Assembly (NCBI GenBank): GCA_964057225.1
Contig: OZ059900.1
Coordinates: 22,816,001 to 22,880,000 of the forward strand
Direction: 5' to 3'
Length of the DNA stretch: 64,000 nt
Origin: Auanema rhodensis
Taxonomy: Eukaryota; Animalia; Nematoda
Every line of letters begins with the position of its first letter. Position 1 is the first letter of the stretch. Positions 23,454-36,814 of the stretch are shown piece by piece. The translations under genes were made by a program, and so were the position numbers. Under the pieces are notes generated by a model. It did no database searches. It was given only the letters and a program-made list of their open reading frames with translations, and was not told the DNA's origin.

Positions 23454-26400
23454 CTCATGCAATGTCAATGAAACCTAGCTCAAAATTGTTTGTACAACGT
23501 CTAGTTCCACTTTCACGACAAAAAAACAGGGGTTAGAAAATTAAGGAAATTAGCATATTCTGAGGGCACGCCCCTTATGGCTAATATTGATTAAATCGAT
23601 TTTTGTTCATATGAGTAGTCAAATGCAACGAATTTCAGCGTGTTACATACTAAAATGAAGCATTTCACATGCTGAACACTAGAAAAATACAAAAACACAG
23701 TATTTCCCATGAGAAATATTTTATTATGCTGGAAAACCAGTTTTTGGAAATTTCGCTGTAAACAAGGTTTTGACTTACGATTTCATGTGTTCAAACTCAT
23801 GCAATGTCAATGAAACCTAGCTCAAAATTGTTTGTACAACGTCTAGTTCCACTTTCACGACAAAAAAACAGGGGTTAGAAAATTAAGGAAATTAGCATAT
23901 TCTGAGGGCACGCCCCTTATGGCTAATATTGATTTAAACGATTTTTGTTCATATGAGTCGTCAAATGCAACGAATTTCAGCGTGTTACATACTAAAATGA
24001 AGCATTTTACATGCTGAACACTAGAAAAATACAAAAACACAGTATTTCTCATGAGAAATATTTTATTATGCTGGAAAACCAGTTTTTGGAATTTTCGCTG
24101 TAAACGAGGTTTTGACTTACGATTTCATGTGTTCAAACTCATGCAATGTCAATGAAACCTAGCTCAAAATTGTTTGTACAACGTCTAGTTCCACTTTCAC
24201 GACAAAAAAACAGGGGTTAGAAAATTAAGGAAATTAGCATATTCTGAGGGCACGCCCCTTATGGCTAATATTGATTAAATCGATTTTTGTTCATATGAGT
24301 AGTCAAATGCAACGAATTTCAGCGTGTTACATACTAAAATGAAGCATTTCACATGCTGAACACTAGAAAAATACAAAAACACAGTATTTCCCATGAGAAA
24401 TATTTTATTATGCTGGAAAACCAGTTTTTGGAAATTTCGCTGTAAACAAGGTTTGACTTACGATTTCATGTGTTCAAACTCATGCAATGTCAATGAAACC
24501 TAGCTCAAAATTGTTCGTACAACGTCTAGTTCCACTTTCACGACAAAAAAACAGGGGTTAGAAAATTTAGGAAATTAGCATATTCTGAGGGCACGCCCCT
24601 TATGGCTAATATTGATTAAATCGATTTTTGTTCATATGAGTCGTCAAATGCAACGAATTTCAGCGTGTTACATACTAAAATGAAGTATTTTACATGCTGA
24701 ACACTAGAAAAATACAAAAACACAGTATTTCCCATGAGAAATATTTTATTATGCTGGAAAACCAGTTTTTGGAAATTTCGCTGTAAACAAGGTTTTGACT
24801 TACGATTTCATGTGTTCAAACTCATGCAATGTCAATGAAACCTAGCTCAAAATTGTTCCTACAACGTCTAGTTCCACTTTCACGACAAAAAACAGGGGTT
24901 AGAAAATTAAGGAAATTAGCATATTCTGAGGGCACGCCCCTTATGGCTAATATTGATTAAATCGATTTTTGTTCATATGAGTCGTGAAATGCAACGAATT
25001 TCAGCGTGTTACATATTAAAATGAAGCATTTTACATGCTGAACACTAGAAAAATACGAAAACACAGTTTTTCCCATGAGAAATATTTTATTATGCTGGAA
25101 AACCAGTTTTTGGAAATTTCGCTGTAAACAAGGTTTTGACTTACGATTTCATGTGTTCAAACTCATGCAATGTCAATGAAACCTAGCTCAAAATTGTTCC
25201 TACAACGTCTAGTTCCACTTTCACGACAAAAAACAGGGGTTAGAAAATTAAGGAAATTAGCATATTCTGAGGGCACGCCCCTTATGGCTAATATTGATTA
25301 AATCGATTTTTGTTCATATGAGTCGTGAAATGCAACGAATTTCAGCGTGTTACATATTAAAATGAAGCATTTTACATGCTGAACACTAGAAAAATACGAA
25401 AACACAGTTTTTCCCATGAGAAATATTTTATTATGCTGGAAAACCAGTTTTTGGAAATTTCGCTGTAAACAAGGTTTTGACTTACGATTTCATGTGTTCA
25501 AACTCATGCAATGTCAATGAAACCTAGCTCAAAATTGTTCCTACAACGTCTAGTTCCACTTTCACGACAAAAAACAGGGGTTAGAAAATTAAGGAAATTA
25601 GCATATTCTGAGGGCACGCCCCTTATGGCTAATATTGATTAAATCGATTTTTGTTCATATGAGTCGTCAAATGCAACGAATTTCAGCGTGTTACATACTA
25701 AAATGAAGCATTTTACATGCGGAACACTAGAAAAATACAAAAACACAGTATTTCCCATGAGAAATATTTTATTATGCTGGAAAACCAGTTTTTGGAAATT
25801 TCGCTGTAAACAAGGTTTTGACTTACGATTTCATGTGTTCAAACTCATGCAATGTCAATGAAACCTAGCTCAAAATTGTTTGTACAACGTCTAGTTCCAC
25901 TTTCACGATAAAAAAACAGGGGTTAGAAAATTAAGGAAATTAGCATATTCTGATGGCACGCCCCTTATGGCTAATATTGATTAAATCGATTTTTGTTCAT
26001 ATGAGTCGTCAAATGCAACGAATTTCAGCGTGTTACATACTGAAATGAAGCATTTTACATGCTGAACACTAGAAAAATACAAAAACACAGTATTTCTCAT
26101 GAGAAATATTTTATTATGCTGGAAAACCAGTTTTTGGAAATTTCGCTGTAAACAAGGTTTTGACTTACGATTTCATGTGTTCAAACTCATGCAATGTCAA
26201 TGAAACCTAGCTCAAAATTGTTCGTACAACGTCTAGTTCCACTTTCACGACAAAAAAACAGGGGTTAGAAAATTAAGGAAATTAGCATATTCTGAGGGCA
26301 CGCCCCTTATGGCTAATATTGATTAAATCGATTTTTGTTCATATGAGTAGTCAAATGCAACGAATTTCAGCGTGTTACATACTAAAATGAAGCATTTTAC

Positions 26401-28999
26401 ATGCTGAACACTAGAAAAATACAAAAACACAGTATTTCCCATGAGAAATATTTTATTATGCTGGAAAACCAGTTTTTGGAAATTTCGCTGTAAACAAGGT
26501 TTTGACTTACGATTTCATGTGTTCAAACTCATGCAATGTCAATGAAACCTAGCTCAAAATTGTTTGTACAACGTCTAGTTCCACTTTCACGACAAAAAAA
26601 CAGGGGTTAGAAAATTAAGGAAATTAGCATATTCTGAGGGCACGCCCCTTATGGCTAATATTGATTAAATCGATTTTTGTTCATATGAGTCGTCAAATGC
26701 AACGAATTTCAGCGTATTACATACTAAAATGAAGCATTTTACATGCTGAACACTAGAAAAATACAAAAACACAGTATTTCTCATGAGAAATATGTTATTA
26801 TGCTGGAAAACCAGTTTTTGGAAATTTCGCTGTATACAAGGTTTGACTTACGATTTCATGTGTTCAAACTCATGCAATGTCAATGAAACCTAGCTCAAAA
26901 TTGTTCTTACAACGTCTAGTTCAACTTTCACGACAAAAAAACAGGGGTTAGAAAATTAAGGAAATTAGCATATTCTGAGGGCACGCCCCTTATGGCTAAT
27001 ATTGATTAAATCGATTTTTGTTCATATGAGTAGTCAAATGCAACGAATTTCAGCGTGTTACATACTAAAATGAAGCATTTCACATGCTGAACACTAGAAA
27101 AATACAAAAACACAGTATTTCCCATGAGAAATATTTTATTATGCTGGAAAACCAGTTTTTGGAAATTTCGCTGTAAACAAGGTTTTGACTTACGATTTCA
27201 TGTGTTCAAACTCATGCAATGTCAATGAAACCTAGGTCAAAATTGTTTGTACAACGTCTAGTTCCACTTTCACGACAAAAAAACAGGGGTTAGAAAATTA
27301 AGGAAATTAGCATATTCTGAGGGCACGCCCCTTATGGCTAATATTGATTAAATCGATTTTTGTTCATATGAGTAGTCAAATGCAACGAATTTCAGCGTGT
27401 TACATACTAAAATGAAGCATTTCACATGCTGAACACTAGAAAAATACAAAAACACAGTATTTCCCATGAGAAATATTTTATTATGCTGGAAAACCAGTTT
27501 TTGGAAATTTCGCTGTAAACAAGGTTTGACTTACGATTTCATGTGTTCAAACTCATGCAATGTCAATGAAACCTAGCTCAAAATTGTTCTTACAACGTCT
27601 AGTTCCACTTTCACGACAAAAAAACAGGGGTTAGAAAATTTAGGAAATTAGCATATTCTGAGGGCACGCCCCTTATGGCTAATATTGATTAAATCGCTTT
27701 TTGTTCATATGAGTCGTCAAATGCAACGAATTTCAGCGTGTTACATACTAAAATGAAGTATTTTACATGCTGAACACTTGAAAAATACAAAAACACAGTA
27801 TTTCCCATGAGAAATATTTTATTATGCTGGAAAACCAGTTTTTGGAAATTTCGCTGTAAACAAGGTTTTGACTTACGATTTCATGTGTTCAAACTCATGC
27901 AATGTCAATGAAACCTAGCTCAAAATTGTTCCTACAACGTCTAGTTCCACTTTCACGACAAAAAACAGGAGTTAGAAAATTAAGGAAATTAGCATATTCT
28001 GAGGGCACGCCCCTTATGGCTAATATTGATTAAATCGATTTTTGTTCATATGAGTCGTCAAATGCAACGAATTTCAGCGTGTTACATACTAAAATGAAGC
28101 ATTTTACATGCTGAACACTAGAAAAATACGAAAACACAGTTTTTCCCATGAGAAATATTTTATTATGCTGGAAAACCAGTTTTTGGAAATTTCGCTGTAA
28201 ACAAGGTTTTGACTTACGATTTCATGTGTTCAAACTCATGCAATGTCAATGAAACCTAGCTCAAAATTGTTCCTACAACGTCTAGTTCCACTTTCACGAC
28301 AAAAAACAGGGGTTAGAAAATTAAGGAAATTAGCATATTCTGAGGGCACGCCCCTTATGGCTAATATTGATTAAATCGATTTTTGTTCATATGAGTCGTC
28401 AAATGCAACGAATTTCAGCGTGTTACATACTAAAATGAAGCATTTTACATGCTGAACACTAGAAAAATACAAAAACACAGTTTTTCCCATGAGAAATATT
28501 TTATTATGCTGGAAAACCAGTTTTTGGAAATTTCGCTGTAAACAAGGTTTTGACTTACGATTTCATGTGTTCAAACTCTTGCAATGTCAATGAAACCTAG
28601 CTCAAAATTGTTCGAACAACGTCTAGTTCCACTTTCACGACAAAAAAACAGGGGTTAGAAAATTTAGGAAATTAGCATATTCTGAGGGCACGCCCCTTAT
28701 GGCTAATATTGATTAAATCGATTTTTGTTCATATGAGTCGTCAAATGCAACGAATTTCAGCGTGTTACATACTAAAATGAAGTATTTTACATGCTGAACA
28801 CTAGAAAAATACAAAAACACAGTATTTCTCATGAGAAATATTTTATTATGCTGGAAAACCAGTTTTTGGAAATTTCGCTGTAAACAAGGTTTTGACTTAC
28901 GATTTCATGTGTTCAAACTCATGCAATGTCAATGAAACCTAGCTCAAAATTGTTTGTACAACGTCTAGTTCCACTTTCACGACAAAAAAACAGGGGTTA

Positions 29000-31900
29000 G
29001 AAAATTAAGGAAATTAGCATATTCTGAGGGCACGCCCCTTATGGCTAATATTGATTAAATCGATTTTTGTTCATATGAGTCGTCAAATGCAACCAATTTC
29101 AGCGTGTTACATACTAAAATGAAGTATTTTACATGCTGAACACTAGAAAAATACAAAAACACAGTATTTCCCATGAGAAATATTTTATTATGCTGGAAAA
29201 CCAGTTTTTGGAAATTTCGCTGTAAACAAGGTTTTGACTTACGATTTCATGTGTTCAAACTCTTGCAATGTCAATGAAACCTAGCTCAAAATTGTTTGTA
29301 CAACGTCTAGTTCCACTTTCACGACAAAAAAACAGGGGTTAGAAAATTAAGGAAATTAGCATATTCTGAGGGCACGCCCCTTATGGCTAATATTGATTAA
29401 ATCGATTTTTGTTCATATGAGTCGTCAAATGCAACGAATTTCAGCGTGTTACATACTAAAATGAAGCATTTTACATGCTGAACACTAAAAAAATACAAAA
29501 ACACAGTATTTCCCATGAGAAATATTTTATTATGCTGGAAAACCAGTTTTTGGAAATTTCGCTGTAAACAAGGTTTTGACTTACGATTTCATGTGTTCAA
29601 ACTCATGCAATGTCAATGAAACCTAGCTCAAAATTGTTCTTACAACGTCTAGTTCCACTTTCACGACAAAAAAACAGGGGTTAGAAAATTAAGGAAATTA
29701 GCATATTCTGAGGGCACGCCCCTTATGGCTAATATTGATTAAATCGATTTTTGTTCATATGAGTCGTCAAATGCAACCAATTTCAGCGTGTTACATACTA
29801 AAATGAATTATTTTACATGCTGAACACTAGAAAAATACAAAAACACAGTATTTCCCATGAGAAATATTTTATTATGCTGGAAAACCAGTTTTTGGAAATT
29901 TCGCTGTAAACAAGGTTTTGACTTACGATTTCATGTGTTCAAACTCTTGCAATGTCAATGAAACCTAGCTCAAAATTGTTCGTACAACGTCTAGTTCCAC
30001 TTTCACGACAAAAAACAGGGGTTAGAAAATTAAGGAAATTAGCATATTCTGAGGGCACGCCCCTTATGGCTAATATTGATTAAATCGATTTTTGTTCATA
30101 TGAGTCGTCAAATGCAACGAATTTCAGCGTGTTACATACTAAAATGAAGTATTTTACATGCTGAACACTAGAAAAATACAAAAACACAGTATTTCTCATG
30201 AGAAATATTTTATTATGCTGGAAAACCAGTTTTTGGAAATTTCGCTGTAAACAAGGTTTTGACTTACGATTTCATGTGTTCAAACTCATGCAATGTCAAT
30301 GAAACCTAGCTCAAAATTGTTCCTACAACGTCTAGTTCCACTTTCACGACAAAAAACAGGGGTTAGAAAATTAAGGAAATTAGCATATTCTGAGGGCACG
30401 CCCCTTATGGCTAATTTTGATTAAATCGACTTTTGTTCATATGAGTCGTCAAATGCAACGAATTTCAGCGTGTTACATACTAAAATGAAGCATTTTACAT
30501 GCTGAACACTAGAAAAATACAAAAACACAGTATTTCCCATGAGAAATATTTTATTATGCTGGAAAACCAGTTTTTGGAAATTTCGCTGTAAACAAGGTTT
30601 TGACTTACGATTTCATGTGTTCAAACTCATGCAATGTCAATGAAACCTAGCTCAAAATTGTTTGTAAAACGTCTAGTTCCACTTTCACGACAAAAAAACA
30701 GGGGTTAGAAAATTAAGGAAATTAGCATATTCTGAGGGCACGCCCCTTATGGCTAATATTGATTAAATCGATTTTTGTTCATATGAGTCGTCAAATGCAA
30801 CGAATTTCAGCGTGTTACATACTAAAATGGAGTATTTTACATGCTGAACACTAGAAAAATACAAAAACACAGTATTTCCCATGAGAAATATTTTATTATG
30901 CTGGAAAACCAGTTTTTGGAAATTTCGCTGTAAACAAGGTTTTGACTTACGATTTCATGTGTTCAAACTCATGCAATGTCAATGAAACCTAGCTCAAAAT
31001 TGTTCCTACAACGTCTAGTTCCACTTTCACGACAAAAAACAGGGGTTAGAAAATTAAGGAAATTAGCATATTCTGAGGGCACGCCCCTTATGGCTAATAT
31101 TGATTAAATCGATTTTTGTTCATATGAGTCGTCAAATGCAACGAATTTCAGCGTGTTACATACTAAAATGAAGCATTTTACATGCTGAACACTAAAAAAA
31201 TACAAAAACACAGTATTTCCCATGAGAAATATTTTATTATGCTGGAAAACCAGTTTTTGGAAATTTCGCTGTAAACAAGGTTTTGACTTACGATTTCATG
31301 TGTTCAAACTCATGCAATGTCAATGAAACCTAGCTCAAAATTGTTCTTACAACGTCTAGTTCCACTTTCACGACAAAAAAACAGGGGTTAGAAAATTAAG
31401 GAAATTAGCATATTCTGAGGGCACGCCCCTTATGGCTAATATTGATTAAATCGATTTTTGTTCATATGAGTCGTCAAATGCAACGAATTTCAGCGTGTTA
31501 CATACTAAAATGAAGTATTTTACATGCTGAACACTAGAAAAATACAAAAACACAGTATTTCTCATGAGAAATATTTTATTATGCTGGAAAACCAGTTTTT
31601 GGAAATTTCGCTGTAAACAAGGTTTTGACTTACGATTTCATGTGTTCAAACTCATGCAATGTCAATGAAACCTAGCTCAAAATTGTTTGTACAACGTCTA
31701 GTTCCACTTTCACGACAAAAAAACAGGGGTTAGAAAATTAAGGAAATTAGCATATTCTGAGGGCACGCCCCTTATGGCTAATATTGATTAAATCGATTTT
31801 TGTTCATATGAGTCGTCAAATGCAACGAATTTCAGCGTGTTACATACTAAAATGAAGCATTTTACATGCTGAACACTAAAAAAATACAAAAACACAGTAT

Positions 31901-34500
31901 TTCCCATGAGAAATATTTTATTATGCTGGAAAACCAGTTTTTGGAAATTTCGCTGTAAACAAGGTTTTGACTTACGATTTCATGTGTTCAAACTCATGCA
32001 ATGTCAATGAAACCTAGCTCAAAATTGTTCTTACAACGTCTAGTTCCACTTTCACGACAAAAAAACAGGGGTTAGAAAATTTAGGAAATTAGCATATTCT
32101 GAGGGCACGCCCCTTATGGCTAATATTGATTAAATCGATTTTTGTTCATATGAGTCGTCAAATGCAACCAATTTCAGCGTGTTACATACTAAAATGAAGT
32201 ATTTTACATGCTGAACACTAGAAAAATACAAAAACACAGTATTTCCCATGAGAAATATTTTATTATGCTGGAAAACCAGTTTTTGGAAATTTCGCTGTAA
32301 ACAAGGTTTTGACTTACGATTTCATGTGTTCAAACTCTTGCAATGTCAATGAAACCTAGCTCAAAATTGTTTGTACAACGTCTAGTTCCACTTTCACGAC
32401 AAAAAAACAGGGGTTAGAAAATTAAGGAAATTAGCATATTCTGAGGGCACGCCCCTTATGGCTAATATTGATTAAATCGATTTTTGTTCATATGAGTCGT
32501 CAAATGCAACGAATTTCAGCGTGTTACATACTAAAATGAAGCATTTTACATGCTGAACACTAAAAAAATACAAAAACACAGTATTTCCCATGAGAAATAT
32601 TTTATTATGCTGGAAAACCAGTTTTTGGAAATTTCGCTGTAAACAAGGTTTTGACTTACGATTTCATGTGTTCAAACTCATGCAATGTCAATGAAACCTA
32701 GCTCAAAATTGTTCTTACAACGTCTAGTTCCACTTTCACGACAAAAAAACAGGGGTTAGAAAATTAAGGAAATTAGCATATTCTGAGGGCACGCCCCTTA
32801 TGGCTAATATTGATTAAATCGATTTTTGTTCATATGAGTCGTCAAATGCAACCAATTTCAGCGTGTTACATACTAAAATGAAGTATTTTACATGCTGAAC
32901 ACTAGAAAAATACAAAAACACAGTATTTCCCATGAGAAATATTTTATTATGCTGGAAAACCAGTTTTTGGAAATTTCGCTGTAAACAAGGTTTTGACTTA
33001 CGATTTCATGTGTTCAAACTCTTGCAATGTCAATGAAACCTAGCTCAAAATTGTTCGTACAACGTCTAGTTCCACTTTCACGACAAAAAACAGGGGTTAG
33101 AAAATTAAGGAAATTAGCATATTCTGAGGGCACGCCCCTTATGGCTAATATTGATTAAATCGATTTTTGTTCATATGAGTCGTCAAATGCAACGAATTTC
33201 AGCGTGTTACATACTAAAATGAAGTATTTTACATGCTGAACACTAGAAAAATACAAAAACACAGTATTTCTCATGAGAAATATTTTATTATGCTGGAAAA
33301 CCAGTTTTTGGAAATTTCGCTGTAAACAAGGTTTTGACTTACGATTTCATGTGTTCAAACTCATGCAATGTCAATGAAACCTAGCTCAAAATTGTTCCTA
33401 CAACGTCTAGTTCCACTTTCACGACAAAAAACAGGGGTTAGAAAATTAAGGAAATTAGCATATTCTGAGGGCACGCCCCTTATGGCTAATTTTGATTAAA
33501 TCGACTTTTGTTCATATGAGTCGTCAAATGCAACGAATTTCAGCGTGTTACATACTAAAATGAAGCATTTTACATGCTGAACACTAGAAAAATACAAAAA
33601 CACAGTATTTCCCATGAGAAATATTTTATTATGCTGGAAAACCAGTTTTTGGAAATTTCGCTGTAAACAAGGTTTTGACTTACGATTTCATGTGTTCAAA
33701 CTCATGCAATGTCAATGAAACCTAGCTCAAAATTGTTTGTAAAACGTCTAGTTCCACTTTCACGACAAAAAAACAGGGGTTAGAAAATTAAGGAAATTAG
33801 CATATTCTGAGGGCACGCCCCTTATGGCTAATATTGATTAAATCGATTTTTGTTCATATGAGTCGTCAAATGCAACGAATTTCAGCGTGTTACATACTAA
33901 AATGGAGTATTTTACATGCTGAACACTAGAAAAATACAAAAACACAGTATTTCCCATGAGAAATATTTTATTATGCTGGAAAACCAGTTTTTGGAAATTT
34001 CGCTGTAAACAAGGTTTTGACTTACGATTTCATGTGTTCAAACTCATGCAATGTCAATGAAACCTAGCTCAAAATTGTTCCTACAACGTCTAGTTCCACT
34101 TTCACGACAAAAAACAGGGGTTAGAAAATTAAGGAAATTAGCATATTCTGAGGGCACGCCCCTTATGGCTAATATTGATTAAATCGATTTTTGTTCATAT
34201 GAGTCGTCAAATGCAACGAATTTCAGCGTGTTACATACTAAAATGAAGCATTTTACATGCTGAACACTAAAAAAATACAAAAACACAGTATTTCCCATGA
34301 GAAATATTTTATTATGCTGGAAAACCAGTTTTTGGAAATTTCGCTGTAAACAAGGTTTTGACTTACGATTTCATGTGTTCAAACTCATGCAATGTCAATG
34401 AAACCTAGCTCAAAATTGTTCTTACAACGTCTAGTTCCACTTTCACGACAAAAAAACAGGGGTTAGAAAATTTAGGAAATTAGCATATTCTGAGGGCACG
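29000..34500. repeat. 9-monomer block duplication (offset 3075 bp)
   Basis: caaccaat 29094/32169 and 29778/32853, atcgactttt 30430/33505 and aaaatggagt 30830/33905 are all offset by 3075. Confidence 0.88.
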
Positions 34501-36814
34501 CCCCTTATGGCTAATATTGATTAAATCGATTTTTGTTCATATGAGTCGTCAAATGCAACCAATTTCAGCGTGTTACATACTAAAATGAAGTATTTTACAT
34601 GCTGAACACTAGAAAAATACAAAAACACAGTATTTCCCATGAGAAATATTTTATTATGCTGGAAAACCAGTTTTTGGAAATTTCGCTGTAAACAAGGTTT
34701 TGACTTACGATTTCATGTGTTCAAACTCATGCAATGTCAATGAAACCTAGCTCAAAATTGTTCCTACAACGTCTAGTTCCACTTTCACGACAAAAAACAG
34801 GGGTTAGAAAATTAAGGAAATTAGCATATTCTGAGGGCACGCCCCTTATGGCTAATATTGATTAAATCGATTTTTGTTCATATGAGTCGTCAAATGCAAC
34901 GAATTTCAGCGTGTTACATACTAAAATGAAGCATTTTACATGCTGAACACTAGAAAAATACGAAAACACAGTTTTTCTCATGAGAAATATTTTATTATGC
35001 TGGAAAACCAGTTTTTGGAAATTTCGCTGTAAACAAGGTTTTGACTTACGATTTCATGTGTTCAAACTCATGCAATGTCAATGAAACCTAGCTCAAAATT
35101 GTTCTTACAACGTCTAGTTCCACTTTCACGACAAAAAACAGGGGTTAGAAAATTAAGGAAATTAGCATATTCTGAGGGCACGCCCCTTATGGCTAATTTT
35201 GATTAAATCGATTTTTGTTCATATGAGTCGTCAAATGCAACGAATTTCAGCGTGTTACATACTAAAATGAAGCATTTTACATGCTGAACACTAGAAAAAT
35301 ACAAAAACACAGTATTTCCCATGAGAAATATTTTATTATGCTGGAAAACCAGTTTTTGGAAATTTCGCTGTAAACAAGGTTTTGACTTACGATTTCATGT
35401 GTTCAAACTCATGCAATGTCAATGAAACCTAGCTCAAAATTGTTTGTAAAACGTCTAGTTCCACTTTCACGACAAAAAACAGGGGTTAGAAAATTAAGGA
35501 AATTAGCATATTCTGAGGGCACGCCCCTTATGGCTAATATTGATTAAATCGATTTTTGTTCATATGAGTCGTCAAATGCAACGAATTTCAGCGTGTTACA
35601 TACTAAAATGAAGCATTTTACATGCTGAACACTAGAAAAATACAAAAACACAGTATTTCTCATGAGAAATATTTTATTATGCTGGAAAACCAGTTTTTGG
35701 AAATTTCGCTGTAAACAAGGTTTTGACTTACGATTTCATATGTTCAAACTCATGCAATGTCAATGAAACCTAGCTCAAAATTGTTTGTACAACGTCTAGT
35801 TCCACTTTCACGACAAAAAAACAGGGGTTAGAAAATTAAGGAAATTAGCATATTCTGAGGGCACGCCCCTTATGGCTAATATTGATTAAATCGATTTTTG
35901 TTCATATGAGTCGTCAAATGCAACGAATTTCAGCGTGTTACATACTAAAATGAAGCATTTTACATGCTGAACACTAGAAAAATACAAAAACACAGTTTTT
36001 CCCATGAGAAATATTTTATTATGCTGGAAAACCAGTTTTTGGAAATTTCGCTGTAAACAAGGTTTTGACTTACGATTTCATGTGTTCAAACTCTTGCAAT
36101 GTCAATGAAACCTAGCTCAAAATTGTTCGTACAACGTCTAGTTCCACTTTCACGACAAAAAAACAGGGGTTAGAAAATTTAGGAAATTAGCATATTCTGA
36201 GGGCACGCCCCTTATGGCTAATATTGATTAAATCGATTTTTGTTCATATGAGTCGTCAAATGCAACGAATTTCAGCGTGTTACATACTAAAATGAAGCAT
36301 TTTACATGCTGAACACTAGAAAAATACGAAAACACAGTTTTTCTCATGAGAAATATTTTATTATGCTGGAAAACCAGTTTTTGGAAATTTCGCTGTAAAC
36401 AAGGTTTTGACTTACGATTTCATGTGTTCAAACTCATGCAATGTCAATGAAACCTAGCTCAAAATTGTTCCTACAACGTCTAGTTCCACTTTCACGACAA
36501 AAAACAGGGGTTAGAAAATTAAGGAAATTAGCATATTCTGAGGGCACGCCCCTTATGGCTAATTTTGATTAAATCGATTTTTGTTCATATGAGTCGTCAA
36601 ATGCAACGAATTTCAGCGTGTTACATACTAAAATGAAGCATTTTACATGCTGAACACTAGAAAAATACAAAAACACAGTATTTCTCATGAGAAATATTTT
36701 ATTATGCTGGAAAACCAGTTTTTGGAAATTTCGCTGTAAACAAGGTTTTGACTTACGATTTCATGTGTTCAAACTCTTGCAATGTCAATGAAACCTAGCT
36801 CAAAATTGTTCGTA

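Larger units (their letters stand above)
1..24900. repeat. Left satellite sub-family domain
   Basis: Carries variants gatttaaacg, gagtagtc, catttcac, aaggtttgac (T3), ggaattttcg/aaacgagg, aacattag, gcggaac, gatggcac and the 63-bp duplication. I do not see these beyond about 27.6 kb. Confidence 0.85.
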
